Shown piece by piece: positions 10,886 to 21,008 of a DNA stretch of 64,000 bases. Each line of letters begins with the position of its first letter. Within the stretch, counting starts at the first letter, position 1. Below the pieces are notes generated by a model. That model searched no databases. It was not told where the DNA came from and worked only from the letters and a program-made list of their open reading frames with translations. The position numbers were made by a program, and so were the translations under genes. Origin of the DNA: Staphylococcus phage vB_StaM_PB50; the sequence record OR770614.1; one strand, given 5' to 3'.

Positions 10886-11252
10886 GGATACATTAAAATT
10901 TATAATTGATAGTGAAAATAAAAAACTTGGAGTAAGAAAATCAAGATATGAATTTAAATATAAAGGATACAATGCATTCATAGTCAGACATGATACATTA
11001 GGACACTTAAGTGGATATGTTGAGATTGGTGCAGGAAATTATGATGAGAAATTAGAATATTATGCTCATGGAGGTATTACTTATAATGAAGGTGGTATAA
11101 TTGGTTTTGATTGTGCACATGCAGGAGATCTAATGCCTGAAATATTTTTAAACGGTTTAATGGCGAACGAAAGTAATGATACTTATAAAAGTCTTAATTA
11201 TGTAGAAAGTTGTATTAAAGAAATGATAGACTTTTTAGTGGAAAAGGAGTAA
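10877..11252 (+). CDS. Hypothetical protein (about 125 aa).
   Basis: The track ORF 10818..11252 overlaps the previous gene. An internal ATG at 10877 overlaps the upstream stop (ATGAATAAGG) with an SD-like GGTGATGA 7 nt upstream. His/Asp-rich motifs (GHLSGYVEIG, HGGITY, GFDCAHAGD) were noted but not assigned. Confidence 0.45.
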
Positions 11253-11259
11253 CTTATTA

Positions 11260-12405
11260 ATGGAAAATAATATTTTTAAAACAGTAGCTATAGCAGATCT
11301 ACATTATGGAAAGAAAAATCCTAAAAAATTAACTGATGAACTTAATGAATACTTTGTTAAATATATAGAAGATAATAATGATATTGATATGGTTGTTATT
11401 TCAGGTGACTTATTTGATAGAGTTATTAGATTTAATGAACCTTCTGGTAAAGAAGTATTAGAGTTCATGGACCGTATGTTCACTTTATCAGAAGAAAAGA
11501 ACTTCTTATTACGTTTATTAAAAGGTACAAAAACACATGACTTTAATCAACTTGATGTATTTAATCAAAATGAGTTAGAGTATAATAATTTTAAGATTAT
11601 TAATACATTGGAATCTGAATTAGTTAAACATAATGGTAAAGAAGTTAATTTACTTTATATACCTGAAGAATATCCAGATGATAAGAAAGAATTTTATAAT
11701 GAGTTACTATATTCAGTTGAAGATAATACTTATGATAATATATTTGGACATGGTATGATTGATTTTGTAACATTTGTACCGGATGAAGATGATTCAGAGA
11801 ATCCAGTTAAGTCAGCTCCAATATTAGAATCAAAAGAATTAATGAGAGTTACTAAAGGTGTAACTGTATATGGGCATATTCATGATTTTCATGAATATAA
11901 AGATAAAGTATATTATTGTGGTTCATATTCAAGATATTCTTTTAAAGATACTGAAGATAAAGGATTCTTAGTTATTGAAAATAATCTTGATGAAGATGAT
12001 TATAATGTAGAATTAATTTTAAATGAAAAAGCTCCAACTTACGTTACTATAAATATGGATCAATATGAAAATCTAACGGAACAAAAGAAACTAGAAATAA
12101 TCAATGAGTTACGTCAAGAAAATGATTATGTAAGATTTGTTTCAACGTCTAAGGATGATGTTGATATAATTAAGCAAATTTCTAGTTCTGATAAAAATAT
12201 AAAGGTACAATTTAACAACAAAAATATTAAGGAAGTAAAAGTTGACGAGAAATATCAATTTATCTTAGATGATGAACTTGATGTACCTGAGACTATTATT
12301 AAATTTAACTCTATTAAACATGATAAAGATTTAGATTTAAAAGAGGTTAAAAATATAATTGATCCAGATTTTGAAGATTTAATTAATTTAGATAAAGAAA
12401 AATAA
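11260..12405 (+). CDS. SbcD/Mre11-like metallophosphoesterase nuclease.
   Basis: Ordered calcineurin-like phosphoesterase motifs: IADLHYG (DxH), ISGDLFDR (GD), KGTKTHD (GNH-like), GHGM (GH) and GHIHDFHE (GHxH). SD AAAGGAG upstream. Confidence 0.6.
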   Translation: MENNIFKTVAIADLHYGKKNPKKLTDELNEYFVKYIEDNNDIDMVVISGDLFDRVIRFNEPSGKEVLEFMDRMFTLSEEKNFLLRLLKGTKTHDFNQLDVFNQNELEYNNFKIINTLESELVKHNGKEVNLLYIPEEYPDDKKEFYNELLYSVEDNTYDNIFGHGMIDFVTFVPDEDDSENPVKSAPILESKELMRVTKGVTVYGHIHDFHEYKDKVYYCGSYSRYSFKDTEDKGFLVIENNLDEDDYNVELILNEKAPTYVTINMDQYENLTEQKKLEIINELRQENDYVRFVSTSKDDVDIIKQISSSDKNIKVQFNNKNIKEVKVDEKYQFILDDELDVPETIIKFNSIKHDKDLDLKEVKNIIDPDFEDLINLDKEK

Positions 12406-12432
12406 TGACGTAATGGAGAGTGTATTAACGAT

Positions 12433-14187
12433 ATGGCATTTTTAGATAATAACATGACAAACCAAAACCAGAACAACGGACAATCATACTTTATAGATGA
12501 AAATCAACAAATGATAAATTATGCAAATATAAGTATACCGTATAATACTTTAATGCAGATAATTAAGTATACAATTACGGAAAATAGACTTATTAATAAT
12601 ACAAATTTAAAAAGATTAAATAAATTCTTAGGAAATATAAATGAAGATTCTGTTTATGATGAACGTCAACAACACCAAAAAGATACAATTAAAGTATTAA
12701 AAGAATTAGTTAAAGTTAGATTAGAAGAGTCTATAGAATCTCCTTCTATACTTTTAGAACATCTAGTAGATAAATTTAAGGGTAAAATGTCTGAATCACA
12801 TTTATATGAAATAGTGAATGGTATTAAAATGTATTATGATGGTGATCTAAAGCATTTATCTGATAAAGAAATTGATAGTATTAATACGTATGTAAAAGAA
12901 AGATATGCTGCTTTGGAGTTATATCAAAAAGTAAATCTATTTAAATATGCATATGATCAATTAACCATGGATCGATTAAGTCCATCCGATTTATTAAAAG
13001 AAATATCTGAACCGATATCTCAAGTTAATAAAGTTATTAAAAGAACTACAAACACTTCATCTAGCACTAAAAATAGCTTTATTAACTTTTTAGAAACAGA
13101 TATGGCTGTAGAGGTAATGGCGGATTCAATTGATAAATTAAGAAATCCAACTAATAAACTTAAAACTGGATATAAGATGTTAAATAAAATGATTAATGGT
13201 GGTTTTGAAAATGGTCGTGTTTATTCATTCTTCGGAACACCTAAAAGTTTTAAATCTGGGACATTACTTAATATGTTAATGAGTGTTACTTTAGCTAACA
13301 AAGCTTCTGATATTAATAATTTAGATCCTAATAAAAAACCAGTAATATATTATTTAACTATGGAAAACTCTATGAGTGAATCTCTTGATAGGCTTTATGA
13401 ATATGTAACAGGTCATTCTATGAGTGAATCAAATCAATCACCACAAGAATGTGTAAATCAATTAATTGATTATACTTATAGACAAACTGGAATTAGTATT
13501 GTAGTTGAATATAAAAAGAATAATGAAGTATCTACTGATTATCTTTATGAAGTTTATGAAAACTTAGAAGATGAAGGATATCAATTAATGATGGTTGTAC
13601 AAGACTATTTAAAACGTATTAGAGCTTCAGATCATATTGAAGATTTACGTATACGCTTAGGTGCAATTAGTGATGAATTTACGGTATTTGCTAAGGAAAA
13701 GGATATACCAGTAGTGACAGCAGCTCAACTTAACAGAGAGGCATACAGAAATGTAGAGAAAGCTATAAGTGAGAAAAAGACAGATATTGCTAAGCAATTA
13801 GATAGAAGTCAAATTGCTGAATCAGCTATGATTATAGAAAACATAGACTACGGTATAATTATTAATAGAGAAAATGCTAGTGATGAAACTCAAGATGATC
13901 ATTTATCATTTAAATTGATTGCTAGTCGTGGTAAAATGGGTGAAGATAGAGTTGAATACTTTGCTCAACCGTTTGATAATTCATTTAAACTTGCTGTTGA
14001 TGAGGGAACACCTGAACTTAAAGGTGTAGATTCTATAGGATCAAACTTAGAAAGCACTATAGATTCTGTGGCAGCTAAAACTAAAATGACTAATATTGCT
14101 AATCAATTTAAAAATGGTCCTATTGCTAATGAAAATACAAGTAGTAATGAAGAATTTGAACCTGGTAGTATTTTCCACGATTTTTAA
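12433..14187 (+). CDS. DnaB-like replicative helicase (RecA-fold C-terminal domain).
   Basis: DnaB-family motifs in order: a degenerate Walker A (FFGTPKSFKSGT), H1a (VIYYLTMENSMSE), Walker B (MMVVQDYLKRI), H3 (VVTAAQLNREAYRN) and H4 (ESAMIIENIDYGIIINRE). Confidence 0.6.
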   Translation: MAFLDNNMTNQNQNNGQSYFIDENQQMINYANISIPYNTLMQIIKYTITENRLINNTNLKRLNKFLGNINEDSVYDERQQHQKDTIKVLKELVKVRLEESIESPSILLEHLVDKFKGKMSESHLYEIVNGIKMYYDGDLKHLSDKEIDSINTYVKERYAALELYQKVNLFKYAYDQLTMDRLSPSDLLKEISEPISQVNKVIKRTTNTSSSTKNSFINFLETDMAVEVMADSIDKLRNPTNKLKTGYKMLNKMINGGFENGRVYSFFGTPKSFKSGTLLNMLMSVTLANKASDINNLDPNKKPVIYYLTMENSMSESLDRLYEYVTGHSMSESNQSPQECVNQLIDYTYRQTGISIVVEYKKNNEVSTDYLYEVYENLEDEGYQLMMVVQDYLKRIRASDHIEDLRIRLGAISDEFTVFAKEKDIPVVTAAQLNREAYRNVEKAISEKKTDIAKQLDRSQIAESAMIIENIDYGIIINRENASDETQDDHLSFKLIASRGKMGEDRVEYFAQPFDNSFKLAVDEGTPELKGVDSIGSNLESTIDSVAAKTKMTNIANQFKNGPIANENTSSNEEFEPGSIFHDF

Positions 14188-14201
14188 AAAAAAAAATATA
14201 A

Positions 14202-14232
14202 TCCCCAATACCTATTAATTTAGGTATTGGGG
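14202..14232. terminator. Palindromic hairpin family member, bidirectional (CCCCAATACCTattaatttAGGTATTGGGG).
   Basis: Lies between convergent genes (12433..14187 on plus, 14253..15029 on minus). Flanked by an A11 run upstream and a T11 run downstream. Confidence 0.8.
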
Positions 14233-14252
14233 AAATTTTATTATTTTTTTTT

Positions 14253-15029
14253 TTATAAAAGAGTACTTATTAAATCTGTTAAAAATCTTAATTGATTTTC
14301 ATATGATAAATTACCATTTCTTAAATTATCTTCCAAATCTTCATCTATAAAAACTTTCATTGTGTTTAAGTCTATAATATATTCATTCTCTATAATATCT
14401 TTATAATACCCTGGATCTAAATTATGATTTATCAGATTATTTTTAAATATTAGTAGTTTCTTGTAAAGATCTGTTTTATCTTTCTTTTTATCTTCCCAAA
14501 GACATTCAAATAAAAAATTAAATAAATATTTTTCATGATGTTCTTTAATTCCTTTCTGATAACCTTTAATTTCTATTCTATTATTATACAAATCAATATA
14601 ATGTTCTTTATCTAATATATTGATGTAATTGTCAAATGTATCGCTTTCAACAAACCTAACATTATTTGATATTTTTAAATTATTACATTTTTTACCAATA
14701 ACAAAAATAGCATCTTTTTTTATACTTAAAATATCATTATCTGATAAATTATTATTCATCATAAAAAACTTTCTAGCTATTTTAAAACCTTCTATTAGTG
14801 CATTATTCATATCTTTATTCTTTCTTAACATCTTACCAATGATTACATTTCTTTCGTACTTAGGTGTGTTTTTTAACATATTGTAAGTTTTTTCATCTAA
14901 CCAATTAGAGTCATAAAGAATATTCATTCCTGCTGACTTTATATCATACTCAGTAATGATAGTATCTTTAATATATTTAACTTTAGATGTATAGTTCGTT
15001 TTTTGCCATAAATTAGACACTATCATCAC
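14253..15029 (-). CDS. Hypothetical protein (258 aa).
   Basis: ORF with SD AAGGAG. Co-oriented and adjacent to the kinase-like gene. Confidence 0.55.
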   Translation of the reverse strand: MMIVSNLWQKTNYTSKVKYIKDTIITEYDIKSAGMNILYDSNWLDEKTYNMLKNTPKYERNVIIGKMLRKNKDMNNALIEGFKIARKFFMMNNNLSDNDILSIKKDAIFVIGKKCNNLKISNNVRFVESDTFDNYINILDKEHYIDLYNNRIEIKGYQKGIKEHHEKYLFNFLFECLWEDKKKDKTDLYKKLLIFKNNLINHNLDPGYYKDIIENEYIIDLNTMKVFIDEDLEDNLRNGNLSYENQLRFLTDLISTLL

Positions 15030-15045
15030 TCCTTTTCATATAATA

Positions 15046-15612
15046 TTATTGATTAACAAATTTATGTTTAATCAAAGTTTTAATAAAGTCCTTTTCAGAT
15101 AACCAATCTCCTGTATTATTATATACATTAATATCAGTAACTTCATCTAAATCTTCTTTTTCTTTAATCAAATCTTTTTCATTTCTTCCTTCACGTTTAA
15201 TTTGATTATTTTCGTTAATAACTTGAATTGTTACTATATCTGATTCATTTCCGTATTTTTCTTTAATATCTCTCACAGAAGCATCTCTGCCTTCTCTATT
15301 TACAATGATTATATTTACATTGTATAAACCATTTTCTGGATATCTATAACTTTGATCAATAGTACCATAATAATTTTCATAGAAATTGGTTTTAGCAATT
15401 AATTTATCTTTCATAGAATCGTATTCTTCTTTATTTAAAAACACATAATCTTTCCCATCAATTTCATTATCTCTAATTGGTCTAGTTGTTACTTGATCTA
15501 ATTTTTTGAAAGATAAATGTGGAAAATCTTTTTGGGTTACTAAATTCTCAGCCAAATAAGATTTTCCACTTCCTGAAACTCCACATAATAAAATAAATTT
15601 TTTCATATCCAA
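15046..15612 (-). CDS. Guanylate-kinase-like nucleoside monophosphate kinase. Candidate dNMP or dUMP kinase.
   Basis: P-loop GVSGSGKS plus the guanylate-kinase signature TTRPIRDNEIDGKDYVF. SD GAGGAGAG. Confidence 0.6.
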   Translation of the reverse strand: MDMKKFILLCGVSGSGKSYLAENLVTQKDFPHLSFKKLDQVTTRPIRDNEIDGKDYVFLNKEEYDSMKDKLIAKTNFYENYYGTIDQSYRYPENGLYNVNIIIVNREGRDASVRDIKEKYGNESDIVTIQVINENNQIKREGRNEKDLIKEKEDLDEVTDINVYNNTGDWLSEKDFIKTLIKHKFVNQ

Positions 15613-15676
15613 ATCTCTCCTCAGAATTCAATTATTATAATATTTTATTCTTCGGAAAATATAAAAAATTAATATA

Positions 15677-16438
15677 TTATTTTGCTTTAATACCATCGTT
15701 TTCACGCAATTTTCCTATGAGATTAATAAATTCATTATAATTTTTGTCTACTACTTTTATATAATTGTATCCTGAATTTTTAGCAACTTCATCTTTTTTC
15801 TTTTCTTTAATTTCATCACGTTTTTGATAATGATTATTTTTACCTTTAATTTCTACTAATAAATTAAAATCAGGCATGTAAAAATCAGGCATGTAAAAAT
15901 GTTCTTTATTAGCAAATTTATAAGGTAATGCTATATTTGATGGTGATAATACGTTATTTGATTTAAGATCCATTTGCGTATCTAAGAAGTTAAGGAAATC
16001 TTTTTCATAAGACCCTACATATTGAGTAGGTAATCCTTTGCCAGAACTCCAATGATATTTACCTGAAATTCTTCTATTTTCTAACATTTTATTTTGCATA
16101 TCTGGATCATTTAGTAAAGTTGTTTTACCGTACTTTTTATTCATTCTATCTTTAAACTGCTGTCTATATTTATCTTTACATATTTTATCATGTACACGCT
16201 CATACTTTTCAGTCTGTTCATTAAATTTAGTTGGTTTTCCACATATAATACATGTACCATGAGTTTTTTTATTTCTATAATTAAAATATACATTTGCTGG
16301 AGATAAATCACCCAATTCTAAAGGATGTGTTTTTTCCATATGGTTATATAAACCACTTTTGTTAATATATTTTTTATCACAGAAAGGACATTTATGATAT
16401 TTTGTTGCCATTATTAAATTCACCGTTCTTTCTCTCAT
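15677..16438 (-). CDS. C2H2 zinc-finger protein with a C-terminal DUF559/Vsr-like PD-(D/E)xK nuclease motif. Possible homing-type endonuclease.
   Basis: N-terminal CPFC..H..H and CIICGK..H. C-terminal DFNLLVEIKGKNNHY, which resembles the DUF559 pattern D..LIVEVDG..H. Contains a perfect 15-bp tandem duplication at 15871-15900. An alternative start at 16409-16411 is likelier because an AACA-N6-TAT motif sits 5 nt upstream of the first ATG. Confidence 0.5.
   Translation of the reverse strand: MRERTVNLIMATKYHKCPFCDKKYINKSGLYNHMEKTHPLELGDLSPANVYFNYRNKKTHGTCIICGKPTKFNEQTEKYERVHDKICKDKYRQQFKDRMNKKYGKTTLLNDPDMQNKMLENRRISGKYHWSSGKGLPTQYVGSYEKDFLNFLDTQMDLKSNNVLSPSNIALPYKFANKEHFYMPDFYMPDFNLLVEIKGKNNHYQKRDEIKEKKKDEVAKNSGYNYIKVVDKNYNEFINLIGKLRENDGIKAK
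15871..15900. repeat. Perfect in-frame 15-bp tandem duplication (CAGGCATGTAAAAAT x2) inside the 15677..16438 CDS.
   Basis: Direct reading of the sequence. It encodes a duplicated DFYMP pentapeptide immediately before the putative nuclease motif. Confidence 0.9.
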
Positions 16439-16532
16439 TATTTATAAGATGTTGTTTCTATCATTTATACATAAAAAATTAAGAATATAATATTTTATAT
16501 AATATAATATTATATAGTATAAATATTGAAAG

Positions 16533-16985
16533 TTGGTGAATTATATCGCTAAAGATACAAAACATTTTAGAAAAGAAATATTTATGGCACAAAATGTATA
16601 TAATCGTCAAATGACGTTAGATGACATGGAAGCCATGGGACAAACGATACAGAATTTAATCATTATGAAACCTGGTACATACCCAAATACTCCTGGTTTA
16701 GGAGTTGGTATTGAAGATTATTTATTTGAAATTTTAGATAATGATACAATTATGGATATAAGTGCCAATATAAATAATCAAATAACAAGATATATAGTCT
16801 CTCAGTCAGTAAATGTTGAAGTAAAAATAAGTAAATTAGAAAATAGTAATGCGAATATAAATAGTTTAAAAATAGATGTTAATTTATCTGATATATTAGA
16901 TATAAATAACCAACAGATATTTTCATTCGTATTTGCTTCCAATAATTTAACTAAGAAAATGGTAACTAAATTAGTACTTGCTTAA
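16533..16985 (+). CDS. Hypothetical protein. Start uncertain.
   Basis: ORF with no clear SD at either the TTG at 16533 or the ATG at about 16584. Preceded by an AT-only region. Confidence 0.4.
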   Translation: MVNYIAKDTKHFRKEIFMAQNVYNRQMTLDDMEAMGQTIQNLIIMKPGTYPNTPGLGVGIEDYLFEILDNDTIMDISANINNQITRYIVSQSVNVEVKISKLENSNANINSLKIDVNLSDILDINNQQIFSFVFASNNLTKKMVTKLVLA

Positions 16986-17022
16986 ATATAAAATTAAAAG
17001 AAAAGAATGGAGAATATTATAA

Positions 17023-18474
17023 ATGGTAAGAAAAGCAGACAATAATGAACTTGATAACTTCATGTCAGAAGATGAATTAAAAGAATTAGGCGTAGACGTT
17101 GATAAAAAGCAAGAAGAAACAAATAATAATCAAAATAAATCACAAAATAACCGAAATAAAAATAATAACAGAAACAGTAATAAAAATAAACGTAAGAAAA
17201 ATAATAACCAAAATAAATCAGCTATTCCGACTCAAAGAAATAAGAATAACCAAAAACAAAATGAAGAAGCTAAAACTGATCATATTGATTTATCTCAACC
17301 CGAACCAGCTCAAGGTTATAAAGACTATGATCATTTAACTCAAAAAAACGAAGAACCTACCTTATCTTCTCCAGCAGAAGATACTGAATCTATGACTTTA
17401 GATCAATTTGAAAGTCATCAACAAGATCTTAATAGACATCAACAAAAAGTTCAAAAAGAAATTGAAGAACTTTCTAAAATTGATTCTAATGAAAGAAATA
17501 ATATTTTAAGTAATATTAATGTAGATTTAAATAATATTGAAATTATTTCAGATATTGACTATGATGTTAATAAAGAAAATACTAATTTTGTATTAAATAG
17601 TAAAGCTACCCATCAAGTAGTATTATCTCAATCAGCTTATATTGCTCATATGGAAAGTTTACGTAACCAAGAAATTCTTTCTATTGCAGAATCTATTGAT
17701 GATGATTATAATTCAGTTTTAAAAAGATATCAGTTATACTTCCATAAAGTTAATACAAATTCATTAGGGATTAAAAACTTCTCAGATTTTGCTAAGTTAA
17801 CTTCTGTATATGATGTTAGTACTTTAGAATACGGATTATACAATATTTCATTCCCTGGTGAGACTAAATTTGATATTAAATGTGGTAGTTGTAAAGAAGA
17901 ACTTAAAGACGTTAAAATCTCTAATGATCAATTAATGTCATTTAAAGATGAAAAAGCTTATGAACATGTAACTAAAAATGTTCATAATATTACAACTAAA
18001 GAAGAAAATGAAAAACATTCATTAATTTCTAAAACTGAAAGAATTATGTTAAATGACTCTAAAATTATCTTTGATATTATCACACCTACTATTGATAAAC
18101 ATTTAACTGTATTAGCAAGTATTCATACAGATGGATTAAGTCCAGAAGAAGCGGATAGATTTAAAAATAACTCAACTGCTTTAATGCATGTTAAAAATGT
18201 ATACGTACCAGATTTAAAATCTCTTAAAGAAGATGGAAAACCTAAATTCCAAAAAATTCCTGAAGAATCACTTCAAGAAATTATGACAATTATTGAGAAC
18301 TTATCTGTACGTGATGGGCATCAATTAACTGATAAGATCTATGATTCTGTAGGTAAAAATGCTATAGAATATGCAATTAATGGAGCTAAATGTCCTAATT
18401 GTGGAAATGATCTTGGAAAAATTGATATCGATATGACAGAAGTACTTTTCAAGGAAGCTCTTCATTTGGTTTAA
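17023..18474 (+). CDS. Hypothetical protein with an N/K/Q-rich low-complexity N-terminal region and C-terminal CxxC pairs.
   Basis: SD AATGGAGAA. Residues 30-90 are N/K/Q low complexity. C-terminal CGSCKEE and CPNCGND zinc-ribbon-like pairs. Confidence 0.55.
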   Translation: MVRKADNNELDNFMSEDELKELGVDVDKKQEETNNNQNKSQNNRNKNNNRNSNKNKRKKNNNQNKSAIPTQRNKNNQKQNEEAKTDHIDLSQPEPAQGYKDYDHLTQKNEEPTLSSPAEDTESMTLDQFESHQQDLNRHQQKVQKEIEELSKIDSNERNNILSNINVDLNNIEIISDIDYDVNKENTNFVLNSKATHQVVLSQSAYIAHMESLRNQEILSIAESIDDDYNSVLKRYQLYFHKVNTNSLGIKNFSDFAKLTSVYDVSTLEYGLYNISFPGETKFDIKCGSCKEELKDVKISNDQLMSFKDEKAYEHVTKNVHNITTKEENEKHSLISKTERIMLNDSKIIFDIITPTIDKHLTVLASIHTDGLSPEEADRFKNNSTALMHVKNVYVPDLKSLKEDGKPKFQKIPEESLQEIMTIIENLSVRDGHQLTDKIYDSVGKNAIEYAINGAKCPNCGNDLGKIDIDMTEVLFKEALHLV

Positions 18475-18763
18475 TCAATACTGTCGATAGTAAGCAATAT
18501 AAGAAAAAAGTATATGAAGATGCCGCTTATCTTGCTTATCTATTGGACCTCTTTGAAGGGCGTTTAAGTTTTAATGAAATACTTACTATGGATTTGAATA
18601 TACTTAATTCAATGACAAAAGCTAAAGAAAAAGAAATGAAAAATAAACGATTACAGCAGAAAAAAGTTGAATCTGCTACTAGAAAAGATTTTGATAATGG
18701 TATGCCTAAGTTGGATTTACCTAGACATCTTAATAGTTAATAAAGAAAGGATGGATTTTCCGA

Positions 18764-19057
18764 ATGGTTCTTAGTACAAAAGAGAGTCAGAAAATCCTTC
18801 ATATTTATGATTCACTAGTTGATAATGATGAAAATCTTTTATCATCTTTATGTCATTCAAATAAAGGTTTACTTTTTGTAGACCTTTTATATGACATAGA
18901 TTATAAAATTAAAGAAGGATTTTCTAAAGATAATAATGAATTTAATTACATTATATTAGAAACTGAAGAAAAAGAAAAATTAAAAGAAAAAGCTCTTTAT
19001 AAAAAAAATTTAAAAATCGAAGACAACAAGGATTCTATAAGAATTTCAGTAGTATAA
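18764..19057 (+). CDS. Small hypothetical protein (97 aa) immediately upstream of the chaperonin gene.
   Basis: Strong SD AAAGGATGGA. About the size of GroES, but I could not recognise GroES motifs. Confidence 0.5.
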   Translation: MVLSTKESQKILHIYDSLVDNDENLLSSLCHSNKGLLFVDLLYDIDYKIKEGFSKDNNEFNYIILETEEKEKLKEKALYKKNLKIEDNKDSIRISVV

Positions 19058-19074
19058 AGGAGAGAATTACTTAA

Positions 19075-20832
19075 ATGAGTGAACATAAGAAAAATAAAAA
19101 GTTAGTATCAAATATAGTAGATGAAGATTCATACAAAGAAATAGCTGAATTAACAATTGACACTATTTCTAGTACGTTAATGAAATCATTAGGATATTAT
19201 GGTTCTACTACAATATTTGATGATGGTATTAGTAGATTTGTGACTAAAGACGGATATAATATTTTAAAAAATATTAGATTTCAAGATACTATTGCTGCAG
19301 CGATATTAAACTTCATTAAAGAAGTTTCATTATCATTAGTTAAAACTGTAGGCGATGGATCTACTTCTTCAGTAATTAATTCTCAAGCTATGTTTAAAGA
19401 AATTAATGCTAGATTAAAAGAAAAAGATGATTTAGGTGGTTTCTCTCGTAAAGAAATTTCCGATTCATTAAATAACATGAAAGATTTAATTACAGAAGGT
19501 TTAAAAGATAAATCTATAGAAATTAATGAAGACAATTTCTATAAATTAAAAAATATTGCTACAGTATCAAACAACAATGATGAAAAATTAGGTGAGATGG
19601 TTTACGAAATCTTTTCTCAAATAGGTAAAAATGGTTTTATTACACCTGAAATTTCAGACAATGAAGAAGATTACTACTCATTAACTAAAGGTATTGAGAA
19701 AAATAATGCGTTATTAGATAATAAATTAATTAATGATAAAGAAAATCATTCAGTTGATTTTAATAAACCTCATGTAGTAGTAGTTAATGATAAATTAAAA
19801 GAAGAAGATATTAAGTGGTGTGGTGAAATTGTTACTTCATTACAACCTTTCTCTAGTAAAGGTTTAGTATTTGTTGCACCTAGCTTTTCTAAAGAATTTA
19901 TTAGTTGGGTAAAAGTATTACTAAATGCTAACCGTAATAATGGAGGTTTAAAGGCAGCTGAAGCTGAATTTGAATTATCTGTAGCATCTTATAGTAAAGA
20001 CCCTGAAGAATTAGAAGATCTTGCAATATATGTAGGTTCAAATGTTATTGATATGACAATTGATCCAGAAGATTTTAAAAAGAATATTGTTGATAAATTA
20101 GAAGATTCTAGAAGTAATCCATTAAATTGGATGGAATTCCAACAACAATATGTAGGGCGTACTGAAAGATTTCTAATTGATTCTTTTAAAACTCAAATCA
20201 TTGAAGGTCATGGCAATAAAACTGAAACTGGTGCTAGAAGATTGAAAGATCGTATTGCAGAAATAAATAATGAAATTAGTTATTTTGCAGACATGAATTC
20301 AGAACAAGCTATTGGAGAAATTACTACATTACAACGTAGAGCTAATTCTTTAAATAGTGCAATTGCTAAGTTATATGTTGGCGGATCTTCTCAAGCAGAG
20401 AAAATCTCTCGTAAATATTTAGTAGAGGATTCAGTACATGCTTCTAAATCAGCATTGAAATTTGGTTATGTATCTGGAGGAAATTTATCAGTAAATAAAG
20501 TTATCAAAAATATTGATACAGAAAAATTATCTGATTTAGATAGATTAGTCTTAGACTTAATTGATATTTCTTCTCGTGAAGTATATCATAAAGTATTAGA
20601 AAACTTCAATAGATTTAAAAAACCTGAAATAGAATCTATGACTCAGACTTGTATTAGTAAAGATGCAATTTATAATATTAAAACTGCTGAATATGAAGAT
20701 GATACAGAAACTGATATTATAAACTCTGTAGAAACAGATATTAAAATACTAGAAACTACAATTAGTATCATTGGTTTAATTTCATTAAGTAACCAATTCT
20801 TAACTAATTCTTTAATTATTCCACAAGATTAA
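19075..20832 (+). CDS. GroEL-like (group I) chaperonin.
   Basis: N-terminal ATP-binding signature TKDGYNILKNI...KEVSLSLVKTVGDGSTSSVI aligns with GroEL VTKDGVTVAKEIEL...[22 protein letters not shown]. Length is 585 aa. SD AAAGGAGAG. Confidence 0.7.
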   Translation: MSEHKKNKKLVSNIVDEDSYKEIAELTIDTISSTLMKSLGYYGSTTIFDDGISRFVTKDGYNILKNIRFQDTIAAAILNFIKEVSLSLVKTVGDGSTSSVINSQAMFKEINARLKEKDDLGGFSRKEISDSLNNMKDLITEGLKDKSIEINEDNFYKLKNIATVSNNNDEKLGEMVYEIFSQIGKNGFITPEISDNEEDYYSLTKGIEKNNALLDNKLINDKENHSVDFNKPHVVVVNDKLKEEDIKWCGEIVTSLQPFSSKGLVFVAPSFSKEFISWVKVLLNANRNNGGLKAAEAEFELSVASYSKDPEELEDLAIYVGSNVIDMTIDPEDFKKNIVDKLEDSRSNPLNWMEFQQQYVGRTERFLIDSFKTQIIEGHGNKTETGARRLKDRIAEINNEISYFADMNSEQAIGEITTLQRRANSLNSAIAKLYVGGSSQAEKISRKYLVEDSVHASKSALKFGYVSGGNLSVNKVIKNIDTEKLSDLDRLVLDLIDISSREVYHKVLENFNRFKKPEIESMTQTCISKDAIYNIKTAEYEDDTETDIINSVETDIKILETTISIIGLISLSNQFLTNSLIIPQD

Positions 20833-20845
20833 AATTTAAACTCTA

Positions 20846-20879
20846 CCGAAACCATTATGAATTTAATTAATGGTTTCGG
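20846..20879 (+). terminator. Rho-independent terminator hairpin CCGAAACCATTA..TAATGGTTTCGG followed by a T tract.
   Basis: A 12-bp inverted repeat directly after the chaperonin stop, followed by TTTATTTTTG. Confidence 0.7.
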
Positions 20880-21008
20880 TTTATTTTTGCAAATCAATTA
20901 AAATTATATACATTTTTAAAATTTTTATTTTTATTAAACTTTTACTTGCTTTTTTATAAAAGTTTTGTTATAATTAAAAATGTAGTAGAAAATAAGGAGG
21001 AATTTTTA

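Noticed and set aside
18543-18740. 65-aa ORF between the 17023 and 18764 genes.
   Set aside because: TTG start with no SD. It could be a real small gene, but the evidence is too weak to call.
18764-19057. Calling the 97-aa protein upstream of the chaperonin a GroES-like co-chaperonin.
   Set aside because: Size and position fit, but I could not find the GroES mobile-loop or core motifs. Phage GroEL-like chaperonins are reported to work without a co-chaperonin.
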